In this document: positions 46,806 through 58,431 of the stretch, piece by piece | How positions within the stretch are numbered: the first letter of the stretch is position 1 | How the letters are laid out: each line of letters starts with the position of its first letter | DNA from: Styela clava | Lineage: Eukaryota | Length of the DNA stretch: 64,000 nucleotides | Assembly: GCF_964204865.1 (NCBI RefSeq) | Contig: NC_135261.1 | Coordinates: 9,982,001-10,046,000, forward strand | Direction of reading: 5' to 3' | Notes under the pieces: model-generated | Databases searched by the model: none | The model's input: the letters and a program-made list of their open reading frames with translations, nothing else | Told to the model about the DNA's origin: nothing | Translations under genes and position numbers: made by a program

Positions 46806-47112
46806 TTACTTATCGATCTTAAGATCGGTAGGTATGTTGATAGATATTAGTCTGTTTGTTTGTTTGTCTGCCTGTCTGTTAGATGCACGCGATATCTCAC
46901 GAAAGCGAGGTTGAATCAAATTTTGCATGTGCATTCATCATAGCTCGGATCAGAAGCCTATCAATTTTCGATGAATTATGTCGTATAATTAGCGACTTAT
47001 TAATTAATTAGTGATGAGACACATGGTGTCACTATGGAGTAAAAGCGCTGATTTGGGGGATCCCCTAACCCTCGATCGATAAGTCTTTGGTCTCCGACCG
47101 ATATTCTTGTTT
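46806..47112. mobile_element. DINE-1/HINE-like (non-autonomous Helentron) element
   Basis: TT + subTIR ACTTATCGATC, (GTYT)n microsatellite, inverted subTIR GATCGATAAGT, short hairpin GGTCTCCGACC, CTTGTTT end, no TSD. Duplicate at 55216-55522. Confidence 0.8.
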
Positions 47113-47269
47113 AACAATCATTCAATATTTATTTTTCGCTGTTTGGATAATACTTGGCAAGGTTGAAGAATTTTCAACGCTTACGAATAAAAATTAGGCA
47201 CGCCCTTTATCTGAATAGTATGATTTAAATGAATAATAAAACATTCACTCCGGGTACAATTGAATATTC

Positions 47270-47541
47270 AAACTAGATAGCGATCGGAGACTGCCGGCTT
47301 ATCGATCTTGCGGGTTCGATTTCTCCGCTCTGACTCAATAGCGACACCGCGTGTCTAATCACTAATTATTTATTAACTCTCTAATTATACGACATAATTC
47401 ATCCAAAATTAATAGGCCTGGTCCGAGATATGATGAATGCACATGCAAAATTTGGAGCAGATTCAACCTCGCTTTCGTGAGATATCGCGTAACATACGAA
47501 AATACCTATCAACGTACTTATCGATCGCGATCGATAAGTAA
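47270..47541. mobile_element. Second DINE-1/HINE-like element, opposite orientation
   Basis: Reverse-complement match to 46806-47112, ending GATCGATAAGTAA. Duplicate at 55680-55972. Confidence 0.75.
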
Positions 47542-48138
47542 CAACAATTTAAATGAAACACAAAAAATACTAATTTTGTTTCGATTTTAATAATAATGTG
47601 CCCACAAAGCCTTCTTATTGGCAGCGGTGGAATTTTTTGTATGGGTGTGTGCAGTTATCTGCACATTCAGTCAGTGCCCATTTGTTTTTGTGTAGGACCT
47701 TCTTACCGATCAGTCGATCGCCATCTATTTTGAGCATTTTAGTCGATCGCGGTCGAAAGCAGGTTTGCCACCCCTGGTATATAGTATATATATATATATA
47801 TAGTATACTATATAACGCTATACTCGAAATAGCAACTTTGTGTATTTCTTGCAAAAAGGTACAATAAAACTTGCAAGTTGATGTCTCTAGAGCAAATACG
47901 ACAAAGGTCATGCACTGCTATGGTACAGTGATCTATTTCTCATGTCATTTCATAAATATTATTGATGCTTTGCACCCGTTCAAACCATTGGAATTATTCA
48001 ATATGAATTCCTTCACACATGCCCAGTCAGCAAACGTTGTATGAATGAGTTATTCAAATAGTAGAGCTAACTGTTCATATTTAACTCTACAAGCAAGCGT
48101 GAAGTTTTTCTTGGAGCAATAAGTAAACAGTCGCGGTA

Positions 48139-48478
48139 TAAGATAGGATTTACATATTTATCCCGGGGGAGAGTAAAGCCGATAAGACGGCTTATCCATA
48201 TGGCGAACCACGGCCTCTCGTCCGGTTACCATTCTAGGTCGGGTATGGGATTAGTTATACTGTATTGTTTGTTTTCGGAAGCATGGACTTGGTGGTGGAG
48301 GAAGCCGTACCGACCAGCGGTTACGTGAACCACCCAACGACGGCGAGGAGTCCAGCAATCCTCTCGCACATAACCATCCCTGCATGGGATTCGAACCTGC
48401 GAACTCATGCAGAGTAATTATAGGTGCGGTGGCGAGCGTATTCCTCACGCTTAGCCCGTTGAGCCACACCGCCGCGCC
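48139..48478 (-). mobile_element. Full-length tRNA-derived SINE, ~340 bp
   Basis: The minus strand begins GGCGCGGCGGTG, with A box TGGCTCAACGG and B box GGTTCGAATCC, and ends ...AATCCTATCT. Empty site at ~56568. No TSD. Confidence 0.88.
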
Positions 48479-48581
48479 TGTACTCTGTTTGCTTAATCAT
48501 TAACCAACAAGCAATGAGTGAGTGTTTTTATACTTGGCTCTTATTCTATATAGGCCACATTGAGTTAGCTGGAAATTCAGA

Positions 48582-49790
48582 ATGTATCGCTTTCCACGTT
48601 TCTTGAAATATGGGCGGGTGGCGTCTCCGCGTTTCATGTCTTCGGCTGGAAATCTTGATGGCAGAGTGGCAATTGTTACTGCAGGAACGGATGGTATAGG
48701 ACTTGCAATTGCCAAACGATTGGGACAGAATGGAGCTCATGTTGTCGTTAGTAGCCGAAAGCAGAAAAATATCGATCGCGAAGTTGATGAATTGAATTCA
48801 ATTGGAATAAAGGTGAATACGGTGTTTTCAAGTGATTCAATATGTAGGCAAACAATATCGAAATTTGATTTATTTATTACTTTGCAAACATTTGGTTTTC
48901 CGTATATTTCAATGAAACTTGGTTAAAAGAGAACCTATTATCCTATTTTATATCATAGAAGTTATCAACTTCATCTGTTCATATTCTAAAATCTTGATAT
49001 CGTTTTCCGTCCATCCAAGTATTGGTATCGTATCATTACGTTGTTTTATTGCAGCGAGTGGACGGGTTGATTTGACATCAAGAAGAAAACACCTGGCACT
49101 ACATAATCTTTGCCTCCTATCTGACTGTATTACTGTTGTTGTGAAAAGTGGGCTACCAAATTAAAATAAAGCACACTCAGATATACTCAAATTTTATTTA
49201 GGTTTTGGGAATACCATGTGACGTTGCTGATTCTGAGCAAAGACAAATTTTGATAGAAAGGACAATGAAAGATTTGGGTTCCATAAATATTTTTGTTCAA
49301 AATGCTGGAGTCAATCCCCATCTTTTTAACATTATGGAAACTCCGGGAAGCGTTCTTGACAAAACGTACGGCCTTCATATCAAAGCTAACTTTCAGATCG
49401 TACAAGAAATATTTCCTCATATGGCGAAAAGCAAACACCAAGGTTCCATAATACTTACGTCAAGTGTCTTGGGTTATGCAACTCAACATTTACCTGGAGC
49501 GTATGGAATCACCAAAGCATCGATCAGTGCCATGGTTCGTGCCTTCATGTCAGAGCTTTTGAATCGAAACATACGAATAAATTGTCTTGCATTTGGAGGA
49601 ATTGTTACTTCGTTTCTACAAAAACTTCGACGAGCCTTTTACTAAAAATCTTTTGAGTTTAATCCCGATGAAACGTTTTGGAACGGCTGATGAATGTGCC
49701 GGTCTCGCGTCCTATTTAGCTTCAGACGATGCCAGTTACGTCACAGGGGAGACTTTCGTTATTTCTGGTGGGTCGTATATTAGACCGTAA
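48582..49790 (+). pseudogene. DHRS4-like copy with a 5-nt frameshift deletion
   Basis: Exons 48582-48812 and 49202-49790 (589 nt vs 594 nt). AGAAC is missing at ~49631 relative to the 57364-57957 exon. Confidence 0.85.
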
Positions 49791-51247
49791 AATCAAGGAC
49801 CAAAACTTGTCCAGTGAAATGATCGGGACTAAACAGTGTGAACTATACGTATTCATAACTCGTATTAAAATCAAACACAAACAAGAAAAATAATTAATTC
49901 TTGTTACTGCATGCATATAACTACAAGTTTTTTCTAGTTCTTGAAAACAATGCTTATCTTAATGTTTCTTTTTTCAATTCTTTGTCGACTGAATGAGCAA
50001 GAAATTTGTCAAAATGAACTTCATTGCACTATCAAGCAAAGTAGACCAGCTCTCGATAAGTACCAATCTATATTTGAGCATTTCGAAAGGTAAATGCCCA
50101 AATAAGGTATAACTTCCTTAACGTTGATTTATTTGCCAACAACCCCCGGTCGTTATAAACACCAGTTCTATCTCGCCTAAACTTCTAGCAATTTACTACT
50201 CGTGTTCTTCAGCTTATCATTCATGAGTGATTGCAAGTTTCATATATATAGACCTAATCCTTTATACATGACCCTGGTATATCAGAGCTAGACAATGATA
50301 GATAAGGGAATCCCCATGTGTGAGATGTCTTTTATCAAACGAAAATATTGATTAGAGCACAAACGAGATTAACGCAAGGACTTACAAAAGTAGTATAGCT
50401 TTCAAAATATTCAACAATTTTTACAATTACCTATAAGCAAGTTACTATATAGTATGGCCAGGGCATAATAATTATTGACACTCGTGCTACGGGAAAGTCG
50501 GAAGTTTCCTGACCGTTCCGTTCAGTGGACTAAGTAAAGTACTGTATATATAAGGTAAATTTTGAGTCCATATATTTTATCTTTGCTAAGTTGTTTGTAT
50601 TTAACGAAACCCCATGCACACACTGATATGTACAAAACGTTTTTAACTTATATTATGCGTTGTTGTGTAACAATAACTTATTGGACACGAAACGGACCTA
50701 TATATTGACATATTGTATTGATATTATGTTGTTGTTAAAACTCATTAACTTGTTGTTATGAAAAAAATCCGCATCACCATCCGCATACTTTTGTGGGCCT
50801 TATTACGCCAATGTGACGTCGAAATGACGTACTTTTTCGGTGATGTAGTCAGGTGAGGGTTAGGATTGGCATATGCAAAAATTGTTGAGACAGGCCAACT
50901 AGATGTGCATGTTGTACTAAACTATACCGGTACCAGACCCCGTACCGGTACTGTGAAATACATCGAACTCACTAAAGCCAGCTATCATCCTCGTATTGAC
51001 GTGATTGTGGCGTAGCAGTGACGTAATTTTTAGACGACGTAGTCAGATGAGGGTCAGGGAAGACGTATGCAAATAATGTTATACCACGCCTATTTGAAAT
51101 ACTTGTGGTACTAAACTGTAAACTGTAGCCATTCCGAAGTCTCAGCTTCGTCCAGGATATGGTTTCGGTTAAAAGAATTGGATATTCCATATTCATATTA
51201 TATTGATATTTATGGATTAGAAGCATTGGACGTTACAATATAATAAA

Positions 51248-52094
51248 ATGAAGAACCCTTATTTGATTGCATTTTTCGTTGTGACGACTCTCGGAATACT
51301 TTTAAATGTCGTGGCTCTCGCAACCAATGGTTGGATTAATGGATGGGTACAAAGTACAGAAGATCATCCTCAGTATTTTGCTATAGGATTGTTTTGAGCA
51401 TGTGTTGATGGGACTTGTGCTCATATGGGTGAGATTAGGTTGAATAATTTAAGTAGGATGTACACACGATGTATTTTCAAATGATGACCAATGTGGACAC
51501 TGATACAAGAGACTGTGTTCACTATCTTGTAGTGCCAAAAATTCCTACCCCATTTCTTGTGTTTTTCAGTTACCTCCGTACGGGAACAAGTTACAACCGC
51601 TTTTCTTATGATGTCATTGATAATTCAAATTACTGCAATTCTCCTCGCTTTGGTAACTCACATTGGAATGGATGACCAAAATAACAATGTTACAAAGTGT
51701 TGCATTTTATCTGGTATGTATGTGTGAATTGTTTTGTTGGGATCTCAATATTTGAATTTATATATATTTGGCGAAGATATAGAAAAAAACAACCAATTTT
51801 TAAGAAAGCTATTTAGTTTCCAGTTTCCAGTTCCTGGACTTAACCTAAGATGTATTTTGACTGTGATCTTATATATAGTTGACTTTCTGTTTGACACTTG
51901 ATGTACTATCTATTTTGAAATTTTCTTTCTTTTCAGCTACATTTACTTTAATCGCAGTCGCTTGTTATGGAGGATTGTTTGCTGGTACCGGGATAAGTTA
52001 TAAAGGTTATAGAATTGGATACAGTTTTGGGATAGCGTGTACAGTAGGCGTGATGAACATCGCATCTGCAATTTTGATTTTTAGAGGAACGTAG
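51248..52094 (+). pseudogene. PMP22/claudin-like pseudogene (3 exons, one in-frame TGA)
   Basis: Exons 51248-51428, 51570-51713, 51937-52094, with the same phases as the intact gene. ALATNGW...IGLF*AC-x4-C and GYSFGIA; TGA at 51395-51397. Confidence 0.8.
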
Positions 52095-52513
52095 CCTTCA
52101 TATCAAAGCAAACTTTCAGTTCGTACAAGAAATATTTCCTCATATGACCAAAAGTGAGCACCAAGGTTCTATAATATTAACGCCAACCATTGTTGGTTAT
52201 ACATCTCAACATATACCAGGAGCTCATGCAATCACCAAAGCATCGATCAGTGCTATGGTTCGTGCCTTCATGGCAGAACTAATAAATCGAAACATAGGAA
52301 TAAATTGTCTCTCATTTGGTGGAATTGATACTTCGTTTTTTCAAAAAGTTCAACAGAACCAATTTTTAAGAGAAAATCTTTTGAGTTTAATCCCGATTTA
52401 ATCACGTTTTGGAAAGCCTGACGAATGCGACGGACTCGCGTCATATTCAGCTTCAGACGATGGTATTTACGTCACAGGGGAGAATTTTCTAATATCAGGT
52501 ATAGCAGGCCGTA
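52095..52513 (+). pseudogene. DHRS4-like half exon 2 abutting the claudin-like stop codon
   Basis: Starts at LHIKANFQ; YxxxK is mutated to HAITK; frameshift near 52398. Confidence 0.85.
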
Positions 52514-53853
52514 AGAGCCAATAAATGAGAAAAGAAATCCTATCATAACGAACTCAATGTACTAATAAACGATTTTATTCAAGAGTATTCAGTTGCAAAT
52601 AGAATTCGACGTTACCCAACTCGGAACAGTGAAGGGAATTGAAACGCTATTCAGTATTAACGTGTAACGATGAATCTTAAAGTACTTAGGCTGGTCACGT
52701 GAATCTTATATCGTGGTTGATTACTTATGTTAGGCACATCTGTTTCAAGTGTAAAAAGCTGGATAAAGAGTTATCTTACTAATAAATCATGACGCCATAA
52801 GCCATTATTTTATGAAATTTTCAATATATGCATTCCATATGAAACCATTACTTCGTATAGTCTTCCAATGTGATATAAAACAATCAAATGTGCTTGATTT
52901 AGGAATATTCACGTCTTTTGTCTTCAATATGTTGATAACTTGCGAAAGACATTTTTTGATATATGTTCAAGATACACATGTCTTTTGTTTGTGTCTAGGT
53001 TTAGACTGGACCTACTAAATCAGGTACTTGTCGTCGTTGACCAGTTGGGTCAGATTTGATAGCGCTGCTGGGCCCTAGCCCAAATATGCGAGCCCGGCTC
53101 TACTTTCAAATGTTGTAAATATTTTTCTATTTTAGTGTTTTGATATTTAATCCGTCACACAATACATGAACGTATTTTGATTGCATCGAAATGCATTTGA
53201 TTGAACCCGATAAGACATACCAAGAAAATGGTTAGGTATTTCTTCATCATATTTGATACTTGCAACCAATACCGCAACTTTATATTTAAGTTTTAAATCA
53301 TTGTGCATAAATGCTAATCTTTCATATAGATGGTATAATAAGTAGCAAACGGATGAATGAAGATTTTTTTTTAATTAATTTCAAAAGGTATATATAATTG
53401 TTTTGTTTTCAGATACTCATTCTCACTATTTGGTAATAAATATATATATTTCTTTTTTCGAAAAGTAGTGTAATTCGTAAAGTAACATCTGACATTGTCA
53501 GTAAGATTTGGTACTGTGACCGGCGCTACATAAAGAGACTTGACTGGTTTCATCAACTACTTAATTGAAGCTCACGTGACCAGATGCTTTTGAACAAGTA
53601 ACAATTATGTTGATGCTTCATATGCTGACATTTTTACATTAACATTTGTTGGAACAGGAAATTGAATTTTGAACTAGATTGAACTCACAATTACAGTTGA
53701 CAAATCGGATACCAAACAAATTTTTAAGAAAATTATATAAAAATACCCGTATGTATGTTATAGTTCGATATCTATTATTATGAAACGAAAAATTTTCGAT
53801 TTTGGCAACAAGCAGTACATATTAAAAACTAATTAGTCAAATTGCATCTAAAT

Positions 53854-54632
53854 CAGTGATTCTCAAACAAGGGTTTGAGAGCCGCATGCGGCTCTCAACA
53901 ACCTTTCCTGCGGCTCTTGGTAATGCTTTAAAAATTTATTACTTTCAAAGAAAATTTAGTCGTTTTTTATTGAAAACTAATCATTGGCTTGAAATTAAAA
54001 TGCGGAAGTCTATTAGTTAGTCGAATGGGTTCCCCCATGTTTATTTGCGTAGTGTTGACTAATCTACCAAATGCAATAGTGACGCAACAGTAAGCGTTTT
54101 CGCGGACACTTTTCACTTGGAAAGATTTTAGACATGGCTGTTATCATTGGCTTGCTTTCGTGGATTTTTAGTTTTTGTCGCATTGCCGAATATTATGTAT
54201 AAATCAAATACCTCCATGAATATTTTAATTTCTAGAGCATTTTAATTTTGTTCCAGTAATCAAAAATAGTCCCGAAATATCTGGCGATCATCTCAAGCAG
54301 CTACTGCACCTTGCATCCTCTACGATTACGACTCGCTTTGACAAACTTGTTAGAAATCAAAGCCAAATTGAATGGCTGTTCGTCTAGGGTGGGCAAAATC
54401 GAATTTTCAAATGGTACCGGATATTCTAATAATAATATGCCATTCGTATATTTTACTATTCGAATCTTTTTGCCCAGCCCTAGTTGTTACGTGTGTTGTT
54501 GTTACGATGACTTGGTATTTTAATTACGCGCTTAAGTTTTGTTGCTATTTTAACTTGCGTTGTTTGTGTGCGGTTCTTTGACTTTGAGGTTTGAAATGCG
54601 GCTCTGGGACAAAAAAAGTTTGAGAACCACTG
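53854..54632. mobile_element. Non-autonomous hAT (Buster/SPIN-type ends), 779 bp
   Basis: CAGTGATTCTCAAAC / GTTTGAGAACCACTG; perfect TSD ATCTAAAT; subterminal GCGGCTC repeats; empty sites at ~46224 and ~63842. Confidence 0.92.
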
Positions 54633-54771
54633 ATCTAAATTGTAAAATGAGTTGGTGGCGGGGGAATCTCCCCCGTTCGCCACTGCCTAACAAATTTATT
54701 GCACTCTGGGTGAGATGGAGCATTGTTTAAAACCCAAATTCTCACAAGCGCTATCTATATATAGTATATAG

Positions 54772-56206
54772 CAGGGGTGGCCAACACGTCGATCGCCACG
54801 TCTCGAGCAGTCGATCGCGTCTGATGTTGAGTGTATTTCATTGAAATACCACCAAACCTCGAACCAGTTGTGTGTTTTATAACAAGAAGAATACAGTAAT
54901 TTACACGCGCAAAATGCAATATACACATACAGTATTCAAGTCTGGGCAAGGCCAAGAAAGCATATTATAACGTGACAAAGGCAAGTTGTTTCGTTGCCAA
55001 GGTTTAAAAATGAAGTGCCGGATATCGCGTGTCTAGACTGACAAACAATCCTACAATTACTTCTTCAGTATGCGTATGTTATTGTCTCACTCCAAGAGTG
55101 GTGTGATGAATTTTATTCGCAATGGTGGCAGTGGCACTGAAATGCCCAATTTGTTCTAATTCTAAGCAAGCGAGAAAATTGTAAATTAGATAGGCTACTG
55201 AAGATTGAGCATTAATTACTTATCGATCTTAAGATCGGTAGATATGTTGATAGATATTAGTCTGTTTGTTTGTTTGTCTGCCTGTCTGTTAGATGCACGC
55301 GATATCTCACGAAAGCGAGGTTGAATCAAATTTTGCATGTGCATTCATCATAGCTCGGATCAGAAGCCTATCGATTTTCGATGAATTATGTCGTATAATT
55401 AGCGACTTATTAATTAAGTAGTGATGAGACACACGGTGTCACTATGGAGTAAAAGCGCTGATTTGGGGGATCCCCCAACCTTCGATCGATAAGTCTTCGG
55501 TCTCCGACCGATATTCTTGTTTAACAATCATTCAATATTTATTTTTCGCTGTTTGGATAATACTTGGCAAGATTGAAGAATTTTCAACGCTTACGAATAA
55601 AAATTAGGCACGCCCTTTATCTGAATAGTATGATTTAAATGAATAATAAAACATTCACTCCGGGTACAATTGAATATTCAAACTAGATAGCGATCGGAGA
55701 CTGCCGACTTATCGCACTTACGGGTTCGATTCCTTCGCTCTGACTCAATAGTGACACCGCGTGTTCCATCACTAATTAATTATTAACTCGCTAATTATAC
55801 GACATAATTCATCCAAAATTAATAGGTCTGGTCCAAGATATGATGAATGCACATGCAAAATTTGGAGCAAATTCAACCTCGCTTTCGTGAGATATCGCGT
55901 AACATACGAAAGTGAAATAAACAAACAGACAAATACCTATCAACGTACTTACCGATCGCGATCGATAAGTAACAACAATTTGAATGGAACAGAAAAAATA
56001 CAAATTTTGTGTCGATTTTAATAATAATGTGCCCACAAAGCCTTCTTATTGGCAGCGGTGGAATTTTTTGTATGAGTGTGTGCAGGTATCTGCACATTTA
56101 GTCAGTGCCGATTTGTTTTTGTATAGGACCTTTTTCCGATCAGTCGATCGCGAGCTATTTTGAGCATTTTAGTCGATCGCGGTCGAAAGCAGGCTGGCCA
56201 CCCCTG
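54772..56206. mobile_element. Duplicate of the 46363-47776 hAT/HINE composite
   Basis: Same TIRs, flanks and internal elements; copied by the segmental duplication. Confidence 0.9.
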
Positions 56207-56671
56207 GTATATGGTATATATATATAATATATATAGTATACTATATAACGCTAAACTAGAAATAGCAACATTGTGTATTGCGTGCAAAAAGGTACAATAA
56301 AACTTGCGACTCGATGCAGAGCAAATACGACAAAGGCCATGCCCTGTTAGGGTACAGTGATCTATTTCTCATGTCATTTCATAAATATTATTGCTGCTTT
56401 GCACCCGTTTGAACCATTAAAATTATTCAATATGAATTTCTTCACACATGCCCAGTCAGCAAACGTTGTATGAATGAGTTATTAAACTGGTAAGGGTAAC
56501 TGTTCATATTTAACTCTACAAGCAAGCGTGAAAGTTTGTCTTGGAGCAATATGTAAACAGTCACGATATGTACTCTGTTTGCTTAATCATTAACCAACTG
56601 GCAATGAACGTGTTTTTTTATACTTGGCTCTTATTCCATATAGGCCACATTGGGTTAGCTGTAAATTCCGA

Positions 56672-57957
56672 ATGTATCGCTTTTCACGTTTCTTGAAATA
56701 TGGGCGGGTGGGGTCTCCGCGTTTTATTTCTTCGGCCGGAAATCTTGATGGCAGAGTGGCAATTGTTACTGCAGGAACGGATGGTATAGGACTTGCAATT
56801 GCCAAACGATTGGGACAGCATGGAGCTCATGTCGTTGTTAGTAGCCGAAAGCAGAAAAATATCGATCGCGCAGTTGATGAATTGAATTCAATTGGAATAA
56901 AGGTGAATACGGTGTTTTCAAGTGTAAATTTAATGTGTAGGCAACAATATCGAAATTTAATTTATTCATTACTTTGCAAACATTTGGTTTTCCGTATATT
57001 TCAATAAAACTTGGTTAAAAGAGAACTTATTATCCTACTTTATATCATAGAAGTTATCAATTTCATCTATTCATATTCTAAAATCTTGATATCGTTTTCC
57101 GTTTATCCATGAAAGGTATTTAAGACTCTACCAAGATGTATGATTTGCTTATGAACGAATGTGACATATATTATATGTATTGGTATCGTATCATTACGTT
57201 GTTTTGTTGCTGCGAGTGGAGACTTGTTAATTTGACATTAAGAAGTAAACACCTGGCACTACATAATTTTTTCACCTCCTATCTAACTGTATTACTGTTG
57301 TTGTGAACAGTGGGCTACCGAATTGAAATAAAGCACTCTTAGATATACTCAATTTTTATTAAGGTTTTAGAAATACCATGTGACGTTGCTGATTCTGAGC
57401 AAAGACAAATTTTGATAGAAAAGACAATGAAAGATTTGGGTTCCATAAATATTTTTGTTCAAAATGCTGGAGTCAATCCCCATCTTTTTAACATTATGGA
57501 AACTCCAGGAAGCGTTCTTGACAAAACATACGGCCTTCATATCAAAGCAAACTTCCAGATCGTACAAGAAATATTTCCTCATATGGCGAAAAGCAAACAC
57601 CAAGGTTCCATAATACTTACGTCAAGTGTCTTGGGTTATACAACTCAACATTTACCTGGAGCGTATGGAATCACCAAAGCATCGATCAGTGCCATGGTTC
57701 GTGCCTTTATGTCAGAGCTTTTGAATCGAAACATACGAATAAATTGTCTTGCATTTGGAGGAATTGATACTTCGTTTCTACAAAAACTTCGACAGAACGA
57801 GCCTTTCACTAAAAATATTCTGAGTTTAATTCCGATGAAACGTTTAGGAACGGTTGATGAATGCGCCGGTCTCGCGTCCTATTTAGCTTCAGACGATGCC
57901 AGTTACGTCACAGGGGAGACCTTCGTTATTTCTGGTGGGTCGTATAATAGACCGTAA
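56672..57957 (+). CDS. DHRS4: DHRS4-like short-chain dehydrogenase/reductase, intact, 274 aa (second subtype)
   Basis: Exons 56672-56902 and 57364-57957. [19 protein letters not shown]...YGITK; ends YNRP. Confidence 0.87.
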
Positions 57958-58431
57958 GACCATGAATCAAAATATGTCGAGTAAAATGATCGGGATTAAA
58001 CAGTGTGAAATATACGTATTCATTACTCGTATTAAAATCAAACACAAACAAGAAAAATAATTAATTCTGGTTACTGCATGCATATAACTACAAGTTTTTT
58101 CTGGTTCTTGAAAACAATGCTTATCTTAATGTTTCTTTTTTCAATTCTTTGTCGACTGAATGAGCAAGAAATTTGTCAAAATGAACTTCATTGCACTATC
58201 AAGCAAAGTAGACCAGCTCTCGATAAGTACCAATCTATATTTGAGAATTTCGAAAGGTAAATGCCCAAATAAGGTATAACTTTCTTAACGTTGATTTATT
58301 TGCCAACAACCCCCGGGCGTTTAGTTAAGAACACCAGTTCTACCTCGCATAAACTTCTAGCAATTTACTACTCGTGTTCTTCAGCTCATCATTCATGAGT
58401 GATTGCAAGTTTCATATATATAGACCTAATC

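Larger units (their letters stand above)
46363..47776. mobile_element. Non-autonomous hAT (Buster-type), 1414 bp, carrying two DINE-1-like elements
   Basis: TIRs CAGGGGTGGCCAAC / GTTTGCCACCCCTG, TSD GTATATAG, subterminal AGTCGATCGC repeats. Absent at the equivalent site ~63955-63970. Confidence 0.9.

Noticed and set aside
48380-48478. tRNA gene
   Set aside because: A and B boxes are present, but there is no cloverleaf or T-run terminator. It continues into a ~250-bp body found elsewhere and is absent from the paralogous site, so it is a SINE.
51395-51397. In-frame TGA shared by both claudin-like copies as selenocysteine or programmed readthrough
   Set aside because: It falls at a non-Cys position (GLF-x-AC) and is simply explained by CGA/AGA>TGA before duplication. 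The context is not a readthrough motif, the native 3' UTR is deleted, and the second copy has gained another stop.
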